The notes below the pieces were generated by a model. It was not told the DNA's origin. It did no database searches and saw only the letters and a program-made list of their open reading frames with translations. 64,000 nucleotides of DNA from a virus. The translations under genes were made by a program, and so were the position numbers. Shown here in pieces: positions 48,913 through 58,658 of this stretch (the stretch's first letter is position 1; every line of letters begins with the position of its first letter). The stretch lies in the IMG/VR virus record IMGVR_UViG_3300042384_000288, positions 47,108-111,107 of that record. One strand, 5' to 3'.

Positions 48913-49997
48913 TTAATATTCTTTAATAGTTCAGTTGCCGAAAAGAAATCATGATGCAAGCTATGTGCTTGCTGTGGTACTAACTTAGCATATTCACTAT
49001 AGTCAGTCATATACGCTACAATTTTATCACATAGTGCTTGCTTATTATGCAGAAAACTACTATACGATTCAGTCCAAGAACTTGGATATTTAAACACAGG
49101 GTCATACATCTCTGTATAACTTAGTCTGTCTGGGACCATAGGTATAGCATCTACTAGGGCACCTTCATACATACTAATACCTAGAGTTTCTTGTAGGTTA
49201 GCACTGAATACTAGTTTAGCTTCACCTAGTAAGGTATGGTATGCTTCTTTAGATAGGTTCTGCTCTTGACAGACAATCCATTCGTACTCGGGCAATGCCT
49301 GTGCTAGATCTTTAAAGATTTCAACTTGTTTCTCTGGTGCAATACGATGTGGAAATAAGATTAAATCACGCTTCTTAGTCTTATAAGGACCAATAGTCTT
49401 AGGCATATATTCCATAGGCCAGCCTGTGCGGACAATCTTATTGCTAGCAATCATATCTGCTTTATCTTCTTCCGCCCACGGATTTTCACATACGCCATCG
49501 TTTAGTAAGTTAGCACAGAACATATCAATATGAAAGTCTGTAGCAAAGTAGTTATGATCTATAGCATGAAAGAATGCCTTCTCACTGTGCCTAACCCACG
49601 AAGCATTACCAATCAAGCGTCCCAAGAAGTCTTGTGGGTCGTAACTTCCAGCGTGCCACAAGGCGTGAATAGTGACGGGAATGTCCAACAGCTCGGACAT
49701 ATACTTAAGGTTAATAATCCCAGGATGCCAAGCGTCAGTAAAAATGAAGTGGTCACCCTTAAAAATCCTTCCTTCCGTAAATAATCTACCCATCTGCTCG
49801 ACTTGATTGGCTTTATAGACATTAGTGCCGCCAAAGTTAAGAAAAGCACCAGGGGTAGTAGCAGCAGGAATGTCAGCTGGTCCGGCGATAACATATATGT
49901 CATGTCCGTGTTCTTCCAATAGTTTAGGTACATGAGCCTTCCATTGGCCCGTGTACCTTGTGTCAACTGCTTCTAGATCAACTAGATACACAGTCAT
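48909..49997 (-). CDS. GT-B (GT4-like) glycosyltransferase
   Basis: WHAGSYDPQD, FPHRIAPEKQ, QETLGISMYEG (Ex7E); start revised to the TAATG-coupled MTVYL. Confidence 0.75.
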   Translation of the reverse strand: MTVYLVDLEAVDTRYTGQWKAHVPKLLEEHGHDIYVIAGPADIPAATTPGAFLNFGGTNVYKANQVEQMGRLFTEGRIFKGDHFIFTDAWHPGIINLKYMSELLDIPVTIHALWHAGSYDPQDFLGRLIGNASWVRHSEKAFFHAIDHNYFATDFHIDMFCANLLNDGVCENPWAEEDKADMIASNKIVRTGWPMEYMPKTIGPYKTKKRDLILFPHRIAPEKQVEIFKDLAQALPEYEWIVCQEQNLSKEAYHTLLGEAKLVFSANLQETLGISMYEGALVDAIPMVPDRLSYTEMYDPVFKYPSSWTESYSSFLHNKQALCDKIVAYMTDYSEYAKLVPQQAHSLHHDFFSATELLKNIK

Positions 49998-50236
49998 TAT
50001 CGTGGGTTCCGACCCTGATAACCAGTTGGCTGACCGTTGCGTTGTTGCCATTGCTGACGTTTTTTACGGCGTTCTTGCCACTCACGATACTCTCCACCCT
50101 TGTATAGATCCGCTTCATCAAATTTGATCATACGAAAACGACAGTAGTTCATCCATGCATCTAGGTCGTTGTAAATTTTTGTTACTTCTGGACTCATACG
50201 TAGATATTTCTTAAGCCATACTGGTTGTGATGCCAC
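49997..50236 (-). CDS. Hypothetical protein
   Basis: GTG start after AGGAG; YCRF...FDEADLY. Confidence 0.6.
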   Translation of the reverse strand: MASQPVWLKKYLRMSPEVTKIYNDLDAWMNYCRFRMIKFDEADLYKGGEYREWQERRKKRQQWQQRNGQPTGYQGRNPR

Positions 50237-50247
50237 GGTATAATCTC

Positions 50248-50691
50248 CTAAATAGTGACAGTTTGGTAGGGACGAGTACAGTTGTACTCTGCATAACTTC
50301 CGTTTTCGCCATCTTCGGATACTTCTATCCAAACATCGCGATTGGGATACTTTTGGACAATCTGCAGATACAGATCATCTGAAATCATTTCACAGCTCTT
50401 GTAATTTAGTTGTAATGTATTATTTACGTAAAGACTTTCTAACCAACGTTTAAACTGAATAAATTCTATATCGCGGTCGTCATGTAGTACATCAATAGCG
50501 ACTCTAAAATGAAAGATATGCCTGTGTGGGCTAGCTAAGAAGCTGACATCATATTCGTCGCCTGTAGCTAATGTAGGATCTGTAGCTGCCGCTGGATAGC
50601 AGTGAACACCCTCTTTACGAAAAGTAACCCAAATCTTCTTTTGTGCTTTTGCTTTGATGCGTTCTATTTGTTCACGTTCTGTTTGTATCAT
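50248..50691 (-). CDS. dpdL: QueD paralogue with LxxxHRHxF motif (DpdL-like, candidate CDG decarboxylase)
   Basis: T-fold motifs EGVHCYP, FLASPHRHIFHF, RDIEFIQFK, SCEM, VSEDGENG; lacks the QueD CxxxHGH cysteine. Name assigned from recalled motif. Confidence 0.6.
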   Translation of the reverse strand: MIQTEREQIERIKAKAQKKIWVTFRKEGVHCYPAAATDPTLATGDEYDVSFLASPHRHIFHFRVAIDVLHDDRDIEFIQFKRWLESLYVNNTLQLNYKSCEMISDDLYLQIVQKYPNRDVWIEVSEDGENGSYAEYNCTRPYQTVTI

Positions 50692-51218
50692 TTAATAATC
50701 TCATCTTTACCATATTGGTCCCAATCGGTAAACTTATCTTCATCTAATAGTGTGCTTAGTCTATGACACCACACACCTGGATTAGTAGCCGCAAAGTCTA
50801 TATCGTCTAGTTTAATTGTAGCATTATATCCTAGTAGTTGTAAATAGGGCAATTTTACCGAAATCTGTGGAATGAATCTACGTTTCTCAGTAAGCCCACT
50901 TTCAAGCAAGCCTTCTACATCCTTAACATCAAAGTCCAAAGTACACCAATAACCTGCATCTAGACATGCATGTATCATGCTCTCCCATGGATGCCAGTAT
51001 TCAGCATTGTTTGGGTCACCACCTGCATCAAAACTTTGATTAGCACCAAAGTAAATATGTTTGCAGTAGTGTTCCCCTGCCATTTCTAATATACTAGCAA
51101 CACTTTGTACACCTACTACAAACAATGTCTGCATGTTGTATGCTGGAGTTTTTTCTATCTCTACACCAGTAAAGAATGTTATTGCTTCTGCTGTGCCTGT
51201 GACATATTCACGTTTCAT
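50688..51218 (-). CDS. Hypothetical protein in the deazaguanine cluster
   Basis: FTGVEIEKTP, HIYFGANQSF, KLDD.DF.ATNPGVWCH. Confidence 0.7.
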   Translation of the reverse strand: MKREYVTGTAEAITFFTGVEIEKTPAYNMQTLFVVGVQSVASILEMAGEHYCKHIYFGANQSFDAGGDPNNAEYWHPWESMIHACLDAGYWCTLDFDVKDVEGLLESGLTEKRRFIPQISVKLPYLQLLGYNATIKLDDIDFAATNPGVWCHRLSTLLDEDKFTDWDQYGKDEIIK

Positions 51219-51397
51219 AAGCCCAATTTCGTCCTAATAGTTTCAATGCTACGTTTGACTGACAATTTCTCTTGCTTAAGTTTACTTAAACTTTGATCGT
51301 CTAAGTAGTTAGTATAACTTCTACGGATGTTTTCGTCAAGTCTTTTGTGAATTTGTTCTAACTCTGCAAGTTCGTCTTCTAATGCAACGCGATCCAT
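51215..51397 (-). CDS. Small coiled-coil protein (DUF465/YdcH-like)
   Basis: L...H..LD..I...LKQEKL..K..I pattern. Confidence 0.6.
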   Translation of the reverse strand: MDRVALEDELAELEQIHKRLDENIRRSYTNYLDDQSLSKLKQEKLSVKRSIETIRTKLGL

Positions 51398-52962
51398 TAT
51401 AGGTCTCCCAATCCAGCTTCTAAATTATCTAAGTTTGCTTCGTCAAACCCGCTGTCGTCGATATGATGCTCTTCTACGGCGTCCGATACTTCTTCAAAAT
51501 TTGCATAGAAATTAGTACTTGAGTTAACAGTTTTCTTACCAGTAGCACCACGTGTACCAATAATCTGCATCCAGAACTTACTGTTTTCTTCGATAATTTG
51601 TTCTGCTGCAGCACGCGAGCCTGCGGCGAATATACTGTTGACTACATCTTTAAAGTAAACTCGTTCAAATGTTTCTTGTACTAACATCTTAGGAGTTACA
51701 CCTTGATCATACTGACGATTAGCTTCTTGTACACTGTTAAGATGTGACCAAACATTATGCCCCATTTGTAAAGCATAGCTAAAGCTATCCCAACTGGTAC
51801 GCCCTTCTTTGCCAATCTTATTTAAGTCACCGGGTGCGTAATAACAAACATCATTAATCTGCATACGATTACTTACAGGACTGTCTGTGAAGTTGTCAAA
51901 GATTTTGTCTTGCAATAGTGCATCACTTAACTTACGAGTATCCTTAGCATACTTCTTGTTGTCTACACTTGGTACCATACGATATACCCATTTACTACGA
52001 TCTTCAATTTCTGTTTGGATATATATCTGCCCATTAGCTGACGCTAGGAATGGACTTGCACAGTCAAATGATATTGTAAATGCTGGGTTGACATATTTTC
52101 TAACAGCACGTTGAATATCAGTTAATAGGCAAGCCCATTCTAACTTACTGGTACCCAAAAAATGCATCCAATCATGTATGCCTTCTTGTAGTAGATTATC
52201 ATAGCGTAGAGCCACTAAACGTTTAAGCACTAAGTGTACATCACACATGTTTTGTCCACCCATAGCCCAACCATTAAAATGTCGTCCTGGATACTGAGCA
52301 GGATCACAGTATTTCTTCATACGAAGATACCAGTCGTCTGCGTCTGCGTGATTCTCACCTTGTAGAACGTTTAAGAACTTACAAGCACCTGTACGATTAT
52401 TAATAAACCAATCGTTGTTGATATAAGTACCTTCTACAGCTTCATCATAGGTATTAATACCTGTGGCCTTGCGACCAGCTGGACTACGGGCTACCCAAGC
52501 CGGAATATCCAAACACATACCATAATCCATGTATGCATCCATCCAAGTAAGAACTAACTCACGTTTCTTTTGTGCTTTAGGACAGTTAGGATTCTTCCAA
52601 TCACCTTCCCAAACACCTTTACCAATCTGGAATCCACCACTGTCGCCTAGGATAAAACTACGGCTACGATCACGGTTACGAACCATGTCTTCTTTGGGGC
52701 TATGCTTGTTGACATCTAACTCGGCGTGTCCTGCTGAATACAGACTCCAATGATAGGGAAAGTATGCTTGATCAGGATTGAGCCAATTTAACCCTTCGAT
52801 ACTATTTTCAAAGTTGCTTGGTACACGTGTGCTAGCAACATAGGTATTACCGTTAGCATCTGGGAAACGTTGTTTGCCCACATAAGTAGCGTAAAAACCT
52901 GACAGTGCAGGTAAAAAGACTGCATAGTCCTTTTGTTTTAGGGTTAAATTATCTCGTTCCAT
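51397..52962 (-). CDS. dpdA: TGT-fold transglycosylase, candidate DNA deazaguanine-inserting enzyme
   Basis: ILGDSGGFQ, LDIP, VLQG, GWAMGG, HFLG, SFDCASP, GHN motifs; clustered with folE/queE. Confidence 0.75.
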   Translation of the reverse strand: MERDNLTLKQKDYAVFLPALSGFYATYVGKQRFPDANGNTYVASTRVPSNFENSIEGLNWLNPDQAYFPYHWSLYSAGHAELDVNKHSPKEDMVRNRDRSRSFILGDSGGFQIGKGVWEGDWKNPNCPKAQKKRELVLTWMDAYMDYGMCLDIPAWVARSPAGRKATGINTYDEAVEGTYINNDWFINNRTGACKFLNVLQGENHADADDWYLRMKKYCDPAQYPGRHFNGWAMGGQNMCDVHLVLKRLVALRYDNLLQEGIHDWMHFLGTSKLEWACLLTDIQRAVRKYVNPAFTISFDCASPFLASANGQIYIQTEIEDRSKWVYRMVPSVDNKKYAKDTRKLSDALLQDKIFDNFTDSPVSNRMQINDVCYYAPGDLNKIGKEGRTSWDSFSYALQMGHNVWSHLNSVQEANRQYDQGVTPKMLVQETFERVYFKDVVNSIFAAGSRAAAEQIIEENSKFWMQIIGTRGATGKKTVNSSTNFYANFEEVSDAVEEHHIDDSGFDEANLDNLEAGLGDL

Positions 52963-53576
52963 AATATGTAGTCTTCTCGATATGTATTCATTAGTTTGTT
53001 AGTCAGACTTGGATTCTGTGCAAGCTGATGCCGCAGAAAACTTACTAGTATTTCTTTGTAAGAATTTCCTTGTGTTTTATTACGATCACAGTCGATATTA
53101 ATATTTAGATCAACATCCTGTGTAGCCAAATATTGTTTAATTGCTTGGTCTGGTTGTTTAGCACTGTCAAAAAATACACAGTTCTCTTTAGGAACACTTT
53201 GTATAAAGTATACTTGTTTTTCAGTATGATCGTCGAATATTATTCGATCAAATACTAAATCCTGTACAATACTGTTCCAATTTTTAATAATATCATCCGA
53301 TGTCCTGCAATGTCTTCCTAACAATGATGAACATAAGTATTGTGCCATGCCACTAATCCAACGATCAACAGGGTCTCGTAATAGAATAATTATCTGCTTA
53401 TTGGTTAAATCTGTAGTTAAGAAATTACTTATATTCCAATTATTCTTTAATAGTAGTTGTCCGACATAACTACTAGAATTTTTTGGTATCGGAATGTAGA
53501 CTAAATTATCTTTAACAAATATCCCGCCAGGAGTAAACCCTCTGGCAGTATGTTGATTTTTCCAATATTCAAACAT
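52944..53576 (-). CDS. Sulfotransferase family 2-like protein
   Basis: YIPIPKNSSSY (5'-PSB), LRDPVDRWISG (3'-PB), DDHT..Q, Y.EDY. Confidence 0.7.
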   Translation of the reverse strand: MFEYWKNQHTARGFTPGGIFVKDNLVYIPIPKNSSSYVGQLLLKNNWNISNFLTTDLTNKQIIILLRDPVDRWISGMAQYLCSSLLGRHCRTSDDIIKNWNSIVQDLVFDRIIFDDHTEKQVYFIQSVPKENCVFFDSAKQPDQAIKQYLATQDVDLNINIDCDRNKTQGNSYKEILVSFLRHQLAQNPSLTNKLMNTYREDYILWNEII

Positions 53577-54310
53577 TATTTGCTTTGTGCTGGGATTAAG
53601 TAATTATATGTTGACAAGCCAGTATTAACACTGATCTGTAGTACACCATCATTGCTTAAACGGAATGTTTTGTCACCGCTTAGGCCTAAGATGCTAATCA
53701 CAGCCGCTACTGGAAAGCTCAACGGTTTATTCAGTGTACCTGCAACACCGCTTTGGAATACAAAGTTACCTGCATGGCTACTGTGATCACCAAAGAACAA
53801 TTTTAATTCGTTAGCTTCTGTTTTAGCAGTAAATGTAGTTTCGTCACTGTTAGCACTGGCTTGGAATTTAAGTCTTTGCACATTAGCCGCTGTAGGTTCA
53901 AACTCTACAGCCCATGTTAATTCTTTACGCTGAATAATACTTTTAACGCGGTCTGCTACAATTTCTTGACTCATAAAGCGATAGTCGTTCTTAAAGTCAC
54001 CTGCGGCATTTTCAAAGTGCAGGCCTGTTGGAACAGTTGCGCCTTCTTTATCTTGTGTGTTAAGTGTAATCTTAGCATTTTCTTTGTATTCTGGGATACC
54101 TAAGATTGTGTTTAGTTTGCCCAAATTAGGCATACCAAATGTTCCAATAAACTCTGCTACCGGTCCGTTTGTCTTAGCTTGAATGATAACTGAACGGTCT
54201 TCAGCGTTTGCTTCAATAGTTGTTTCGGTTGCGGTGCCTGTGATCTTAACTGTTTCGATTGTTCCTAGGCCATAAGTGTTTCTTACGATGTCTAAAAGAT
54301 GGTCTCTCAT
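53576..54310 (-). CDS. Probable DNA sliding clamp
   Basis: 244 aa beta-rich two-domain pattern ending YNYLIPA, next to DNA polymerase; AAGGAG SD. Confidence 0.55.
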   Translation of the reverse strand: MRDHLLDIVRNTYGLGTIETVKITGTATETTIEANAEDRSVIIQAKTNGPVAEFIGTFGMPNLGKLNTILGIPEYKENAKITLNTQDKEGATVPTGLHFENAAGDFKNDYRFMSQEIVADRVKSIIQRKELTWAVEFEPTAANVQRLKFQASANSDETTFTAKTEANELKLFFGDHSSHAGNFVFQSGVAGTLNKPLSFPVAAVISILGLSGDKTFRLSNDGVLQISVNTGLSTYNYLIPAQSK

Positions 54311-54375
54311 TTGTTTCTCCTTATTGATAATATAGTGTACATGATGTATTTAGGTTTTGCAACGGGTTTGATAAA

Positions 54376-55308
54376 TTATTTTGGTATGATTTTTCCTAAA
54401 ACCTGATGTGCTTTAACAGTGTTTAATTCACCAGGGCGTTTAATTTCAGCCCAACTAAACCAAGGGCATTGAAGACTATGTGTATTCGCATCATTGAAAC
54501 TAATAATTTCATATCCTAACTCGATACATAAATTTTTAATATAATGCGCTGAACTGTAACTTAATACTTTGTTTTCAGCAGCCATAGCAGATTCTCGTAG
54601 ATCACAATTATTAAAACTAAACATTAATACTCCGCCTGGTCTGAGTAAAGGTATAATTTTTTGTAAAAATTCTTTTATTTTGATTATGCCATGAAATTCA
54701 AAATAATTCCATATTAAAATGAATCCAAATTGATTAGCAGGTAATTTATCCCAATCGTTATTAGTATACATGCGCAATCTAGATTGATATAGTTCTGAAT
54801 AATCTTTAGTTATTTCTTTACATTCTTCAACTGTGTTGCCGGTTATGTACAACGGATCACTGGCAATCATGCAATCAACAAATCTTTTATGTCTAATATT
54901 ATATTGAAGTCCGGGAAATCGCCAATCACTATATTGATGCATTTTAACTTTTAGAGTTTTGCTTAAATTCTCATTATGCCAAAAATCAATAGCAGGATAT
55001 GGTACAAATTTTGATTGATACTCTGCATTTAAAAATAGTTTTTCAGCCAACGCCTCAATATCTGCGTCTACTTTGTCGATTAAGATTTTTAAGTTTGACA
55101 TTATTTTTTCATTTTCATGTAAAATATCTGTATAAGAATTAATGATAGCATGTAAATCGGATTTGTAATCAACTGCAAAATTATCAATTTCTGCCATTTT
55201 TAAATTAACAGCTTTTATCTCAACAACCTCATCTAAACCTTCAGACATAGTACTGTATTTTTCGATTAACTCATTTTTAAATTTTATTAAATCACTTATT
55301 TTAGTCAT
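54376..55308 (-). CDS. Coiled-coil + class I SAM-methyltransferase-like protein
   Basis: LPANQFGFILIWNYF, LLRPGGVLMFSFNN; start revised to MTKISD. Confidence 0.55.
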   Translation of the reverse strand: MTKISDLIKFKNELIEKYSTMSEGLDEVVEIKAVNLKMAEIDNFAVDYKSDLHAIINSYTDILHENEKIMSNLKILIDKVDADIEALAEKLFLNAEYQSKFVPYPAIDFWHNENLSKTLKVKMHQYSDWRFPGLQYNIRHKRFVDCMIASDPLYITGNTVEECKEITKDYSELYQSRLRMYTNNDWDKLPANQFGFILIWNYFEFHGIIKIKEFLQKIIPLLRPGGVLMFSFNNCDLRESAMAAENKVLSYSSAHYIKNLCIELGYEIISFNDANTHSLQCPWFSWAEIKRPGELNTVKAHQVLGKIIPK

Positions 55309-55312
55309 ATTT

Positions 55313-57979
55313 TTATCCAAAACTAAACAAACTGTCAAATGTTGTATTGATATCAGTGTTTTCACTGATCTGCCATTCCAATACACCCAACAAGTTCTCT
55401 ACCTTTTGATCTACAATGCCAGCTTCCATCTTGCTGTCATCAAAGGGTAGGTCTTTAAACCACTGCGGAATATGTAGTTCGTCGGTAGGATAACCAACAC
55501 TAGTATATCCCAAAGGATTATCTCGAAGTTTACACACAATAGTTTTCATACCGTCAACAATGGATGTACTGTAGTTATCACCATGCATACGCTTTAGATT
55601 ATTCCAATTAATGGCTGCTCTAACATGGCCTGGCATATTAGCACGCCCTTCTTTGGATTCTGCGGCTGTGTACTTGGTTAAATTATTTACCCGTTTAGGT
55701 GTACCTTTTTCCCAAGCTGGTCGCTCTTGGAACTTGATCTTAAACTCACGGACCTTTTCGATAATATGGTCACGTTGACTACCTGTTAAGACATCTAATA
55801 ATATATCACTTAGAAAGTCCTGTACTACCTTAGGAGTGTCGCTACGTTTTAAATCTAAGCCCATGGCTTTAACTTTACCTGGCTTACCATTGGTGTCTAA
55901 ACGTTTACCTTCTAGGTCTGTGATCAGTACTGCATAACGTTTCTTCTTGATAAACAAGCCTTTTTCAGCCACAAGTTCACGACCGCCTTTGATAACTTCG
56001 CCCATATGACGTGGCACGTGAAACGCACGTTCCATCATACCCGGAAAGCTCTCGTTGACTTGATCTGAGATGTTATCATATAATTGGATAGCAATGTCTT
56101 TTGACCATTCCATACGACCAGCGGCTACGTCGTCTTTGACAGCTGGCCATGCTGAGAAATAGCACGAGTCAGTATCACCATAGATAATAGCATCACCTAC
56201 GTGATTGTATTCACCTGTAATACATTCATTAATGTAAGCATCCATGTGTTTGGCAATAGTACGACCAGTAAGTGTAGTTGACTGGCCAATACGTTTGTCA
56301 AAGAATCTGCAACCAGGATTCAACAAGGCACCATACAAACTGTTCAAGTTAATCTTCTTAACCAACTGACGCTTGTCCCAGAATGCAATCTCTTCTGGAT
56401 CAGTACATTCTTTCTTTTTAGCCTGTAGTTCTTTACGTTCAGCATACCAACGCTTTAACAAGCTGGGCACAATAGCTTCTTTCTCAAAGCTAAAGATAGT
56501 ACCGTTAGCACTAAGTATCCACGGTTGATTGCTGTTAAAGATCATTTCCCAAACTTCTGCCGCACTGTGCGTGGTACTGCCTTGATCACCTTCCCAGTCT
56601 ATGGTAATTTCAACTCCGGCTTTACTTTCCATAACTGCAGTGTACTCTAAGGTACCAAACATATCTTCCCACGCATCAGCGAACTTACCGCCATTCTGTG
56701 CCATTTTTTCATTGACATAGTGGTCAGTCATAACTGGACGTAGTTGCCCTACAATAGTTTCTGGACCCATGTTAAGTGCGCGAATAGCACTAGGATACAG
56801 GCTGTTAATATCCACTGACCCAATGTACTCATGCATGCCTTTCTTAGGATGTGCTACATAAGCACCTGCGGCCTGTGTGTCACCTTGACTGTCACGTCCG
56901 GACCGGTTCATAACCACCAGACCCTGTTCGTGTGCTTGATTGATAATAGCCTGCTCTGTAACTGCTACCGCACCCATTGTGGTCTGTAGCAACACCGTGT
57001 TGTCATGTGCTAGTTCATTGGCTAAGTCTAAGAAGCGTAGTTTTTTATCTAGCTTGCCCAGCAACATAGTATCTTGCCGGTTATAATCGATAAACTTAGG
57101 AAAGTCTTTGTTGTACAGTTGATCTAATGTACCTTCGTAGGCAACTTTGCGCTCATCTAACTCATATTCACCAATGGCATCTAAACTATAACTGTGTCGT
57201 TCTTCATAGGTATACTTGCGATATAACTGCATATAGTCTAAGTGTACACGACCAATTAGGTCAAAGGTTACATTAGTAGCACCAAAGCGTTCAAAGTCAC
57301 GTTGCTTAGGGTACTGCCCCCACAAGCACATCCGGCGTGTGTCATCTTTACTTAATACGCGAACAATACGGCCAATGGTATATGGAATATCATATCCCTC
57401 GCTGTTCCAACCACTTAAGATGTCTGCATCTTCGATTAAATTAAGGAATGTATCTAACATGTCCTCTTCACGTTCAAACAAGAAACAGTTTTCATATTGA
57501 TTGCAGATTTCCTGTGCAGTATCCCAACTGTAGCTCTTAGGTGGAATAACTAAAGTGACTAACTTGTCTAACCAATCCAAGTAGACTGATATGGCTGTGA
57601 TAGGATTGAACGGGTCATTGGTTGGCGCATACCCTCGCTTAGGGTCAAAGTCAACTTCAATATCCCAAAACGCTGTTTGTAGTTTAGGACTGGCTACACC
57701 TAAGTAGTTGTCTGCTAGGCAACGAAATACAGGATTGATGTCACTTTCCCAAATACGTTTATCGCTGTTGATGCGCAGTTCTTTGTGAAACTCTTTGCCT
57801 ATACGTGTGCTGAAACGGCTTACTGGTGTGTCGTAGATAGTACGATGTTTGCCTCTGGGATCATCATAATAAAATACGTAATTTGCTGGGTATTCTTTGT
57901 ATTCTCTAACACCGTTGTTGCGTTCAACGATATGGATACGATCTTTAGCCCGATCATATAAGGCGTCCACATAACTCAT
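55313..57979 (-). CDS. gp43: Family B DNA polymerase
   Basis: WDIEVD, GWNSEGYD, YNRQD, DINSLYP, KKINLNSLYG, YGDTDS, KKRYA. Confidence 0.97.
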   Translation of the reverse strand: MSYVDALYDRAKDRIHIVERNNGVREYKEYPANYVFYYDDPRGKHRTIYDTPVSRFSTRIGKEFHKELRINSDKRIWESDINPVFRCLADNYLGVASPKLQTAFWDIEVDFDPKRGYAPTNDPFNPITAISVYLDWLDKLVTLVIPPKSYSWDTAQEICNQYENCFLFEREEDMLDTFLNLIEDADILSGWNSEGYDIPYTIGRIVRVLSKDDTRRMCLWGQYPKQRDFERFGATNVTFDLIGRVHLDYMQLYRKYTYEERHSYSLDAIGEYELDERKVAYEGTLDQLYNKDFPKFIDYNRQDTMLLGKLDKKLRFLDLANELAHDNTVLLQTTMGAVAVTEQAIINQAHEQGLVVMNRSGRDSQGDTQAAGAYVAHPKKGMHEYIGSVDINSLYPSAIRALNMGPETIVGQLRPVMTDHYVNEKMAQNGGKFADAWEDMFGTLEYTAVMESKAGVEITIDWEGDQGSTTHSAAEVWEMIFNSNQPWILSANGTIFSFEKEAIVPSLLKRWYAERKELQAKKKECTDPEEIAFWDKRQLVKKINLNSLYGALLNPGCRFFDKRIGQSTTLTGRTIAKHMDAYINECITGEYNHVGDAIIYGDTDSCYFSAWPAVKDDVAAGRMEWSKDIAIQLYDNISDQVNESFPGMMERAFHVPRHMGEVIKGGRELVAEKGLFIKKKRYAVLITDLEGKRLDTNGKPGKVKAMGLDLKRSDTPKVVQDFLSDILLDVLTGSQRDHIIEKVREFKIKFQERPAWEKGTPKRVNNLTKYTAAESKEGRANMPGHVRAAINWNNLKRMHGDNYSTSIVDGMKTIVCKLRDNPLGYTSVGYPTDELHIPQWFKDLPFDDSKMEAGIVDQKVENLLGVLEWQISENTDINTTFDSLFSFG

Positions 57980-58041
57980 AATACTCCTAATGCCATTTAT
58001 AGCTGGCTAACTGTTCTGCATGTACGTAAGTGTACGATTCT

Positions 58042-58335
58042 TTATTGTAACATTAGTAGGCGATAATAACCTACTAAATCGATAACAAATATAGTCAAAC
58101 TTGTCATTAACAAGCCAAAACTGCCCCTACTTGCCGCCGAATACATACTGATACTTAAACATAAAAAAAACATCGGATATACTACTAAAAATGGAACATT
58201 AGGCATAGTAATCGTAAATGTCATAGCTATGACAAAATTCATTATCCAGTTAAATACCTCTAGGCTTAATCTAAGTGGATTACTATGCCAATCCTTGCGA
58301 ATAAAATCAACGGTTTTATGCCAATCAATGCGCAT
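58042..58335 (-). CDS. Small membrane protein
   Basis: Three hydrophobic segments. Confidence 0.65.
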   Translation of the reverse strand: MRIDWHKTVDFIRKDWHSNPLRLSLEVFNWIMNFVIAMTFTITMPNVPFLVVYPMFFLCLSISMYSAASRGSFGLLMTSLTIFVIDLVGYYRLLMLQ

Positions 58336-58595
58336 TAAAGCGTGCGGCCGACTGTTTCTAAAATATCTGTAAGTTCTTCGTGGTCAGCATTGGTATCAGT
58401 AAATTTACTTTTTTGTGCAATCTTAATAGCTTTCTTTAAAATAGCAGGTTTGATTTCTAATTCTTCTGCCACTGCTTTAACTGTGTCGCTAAGTCCCGCA
58501 TTTAGATCCTCAACTTCCTGCATTACTTGAATGCCCTCGTTGACTAATTGCGTTAGTTTAGCTTTTTGTTCGCTTGAAAACATACGTGATGCCAT
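58335..58595 (-). CDS. Small helical dsDNA-binding protein-like (DsbA/GapR-like)
   Basis: E..DL...L.DTVKAVAEELEIKPAILKKAIKIA pattern. Confidence 0.5.
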   Translation of the reverse strand: MASRMFSSEQKAKLTQLVNEGIQVMQEVEDLNAGLSDTVKAVAEELEIKPAILKKAIKIAQKSKFTDTNADHEELTDILETVGRTL

Positions 58596-58658
58596 GATTC
58601 GTTCCTTGATTGAAAAATATAGTGTATACTATTTAATTATCGATTGCAATGATTATGG

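Noticed and set aside
50248-50691. Calling this gene canonical queD
   Set aside because: It has LxxxHRHxF instead of CxxxHGH; the Cys-HGH motif is in 40879..41736.
55313-57979. Intron or intein in the DNA polymerase (also considered for thyA)
   Set aside because: Both ORFs are continuous, of normal length, with normally spaced motifs.
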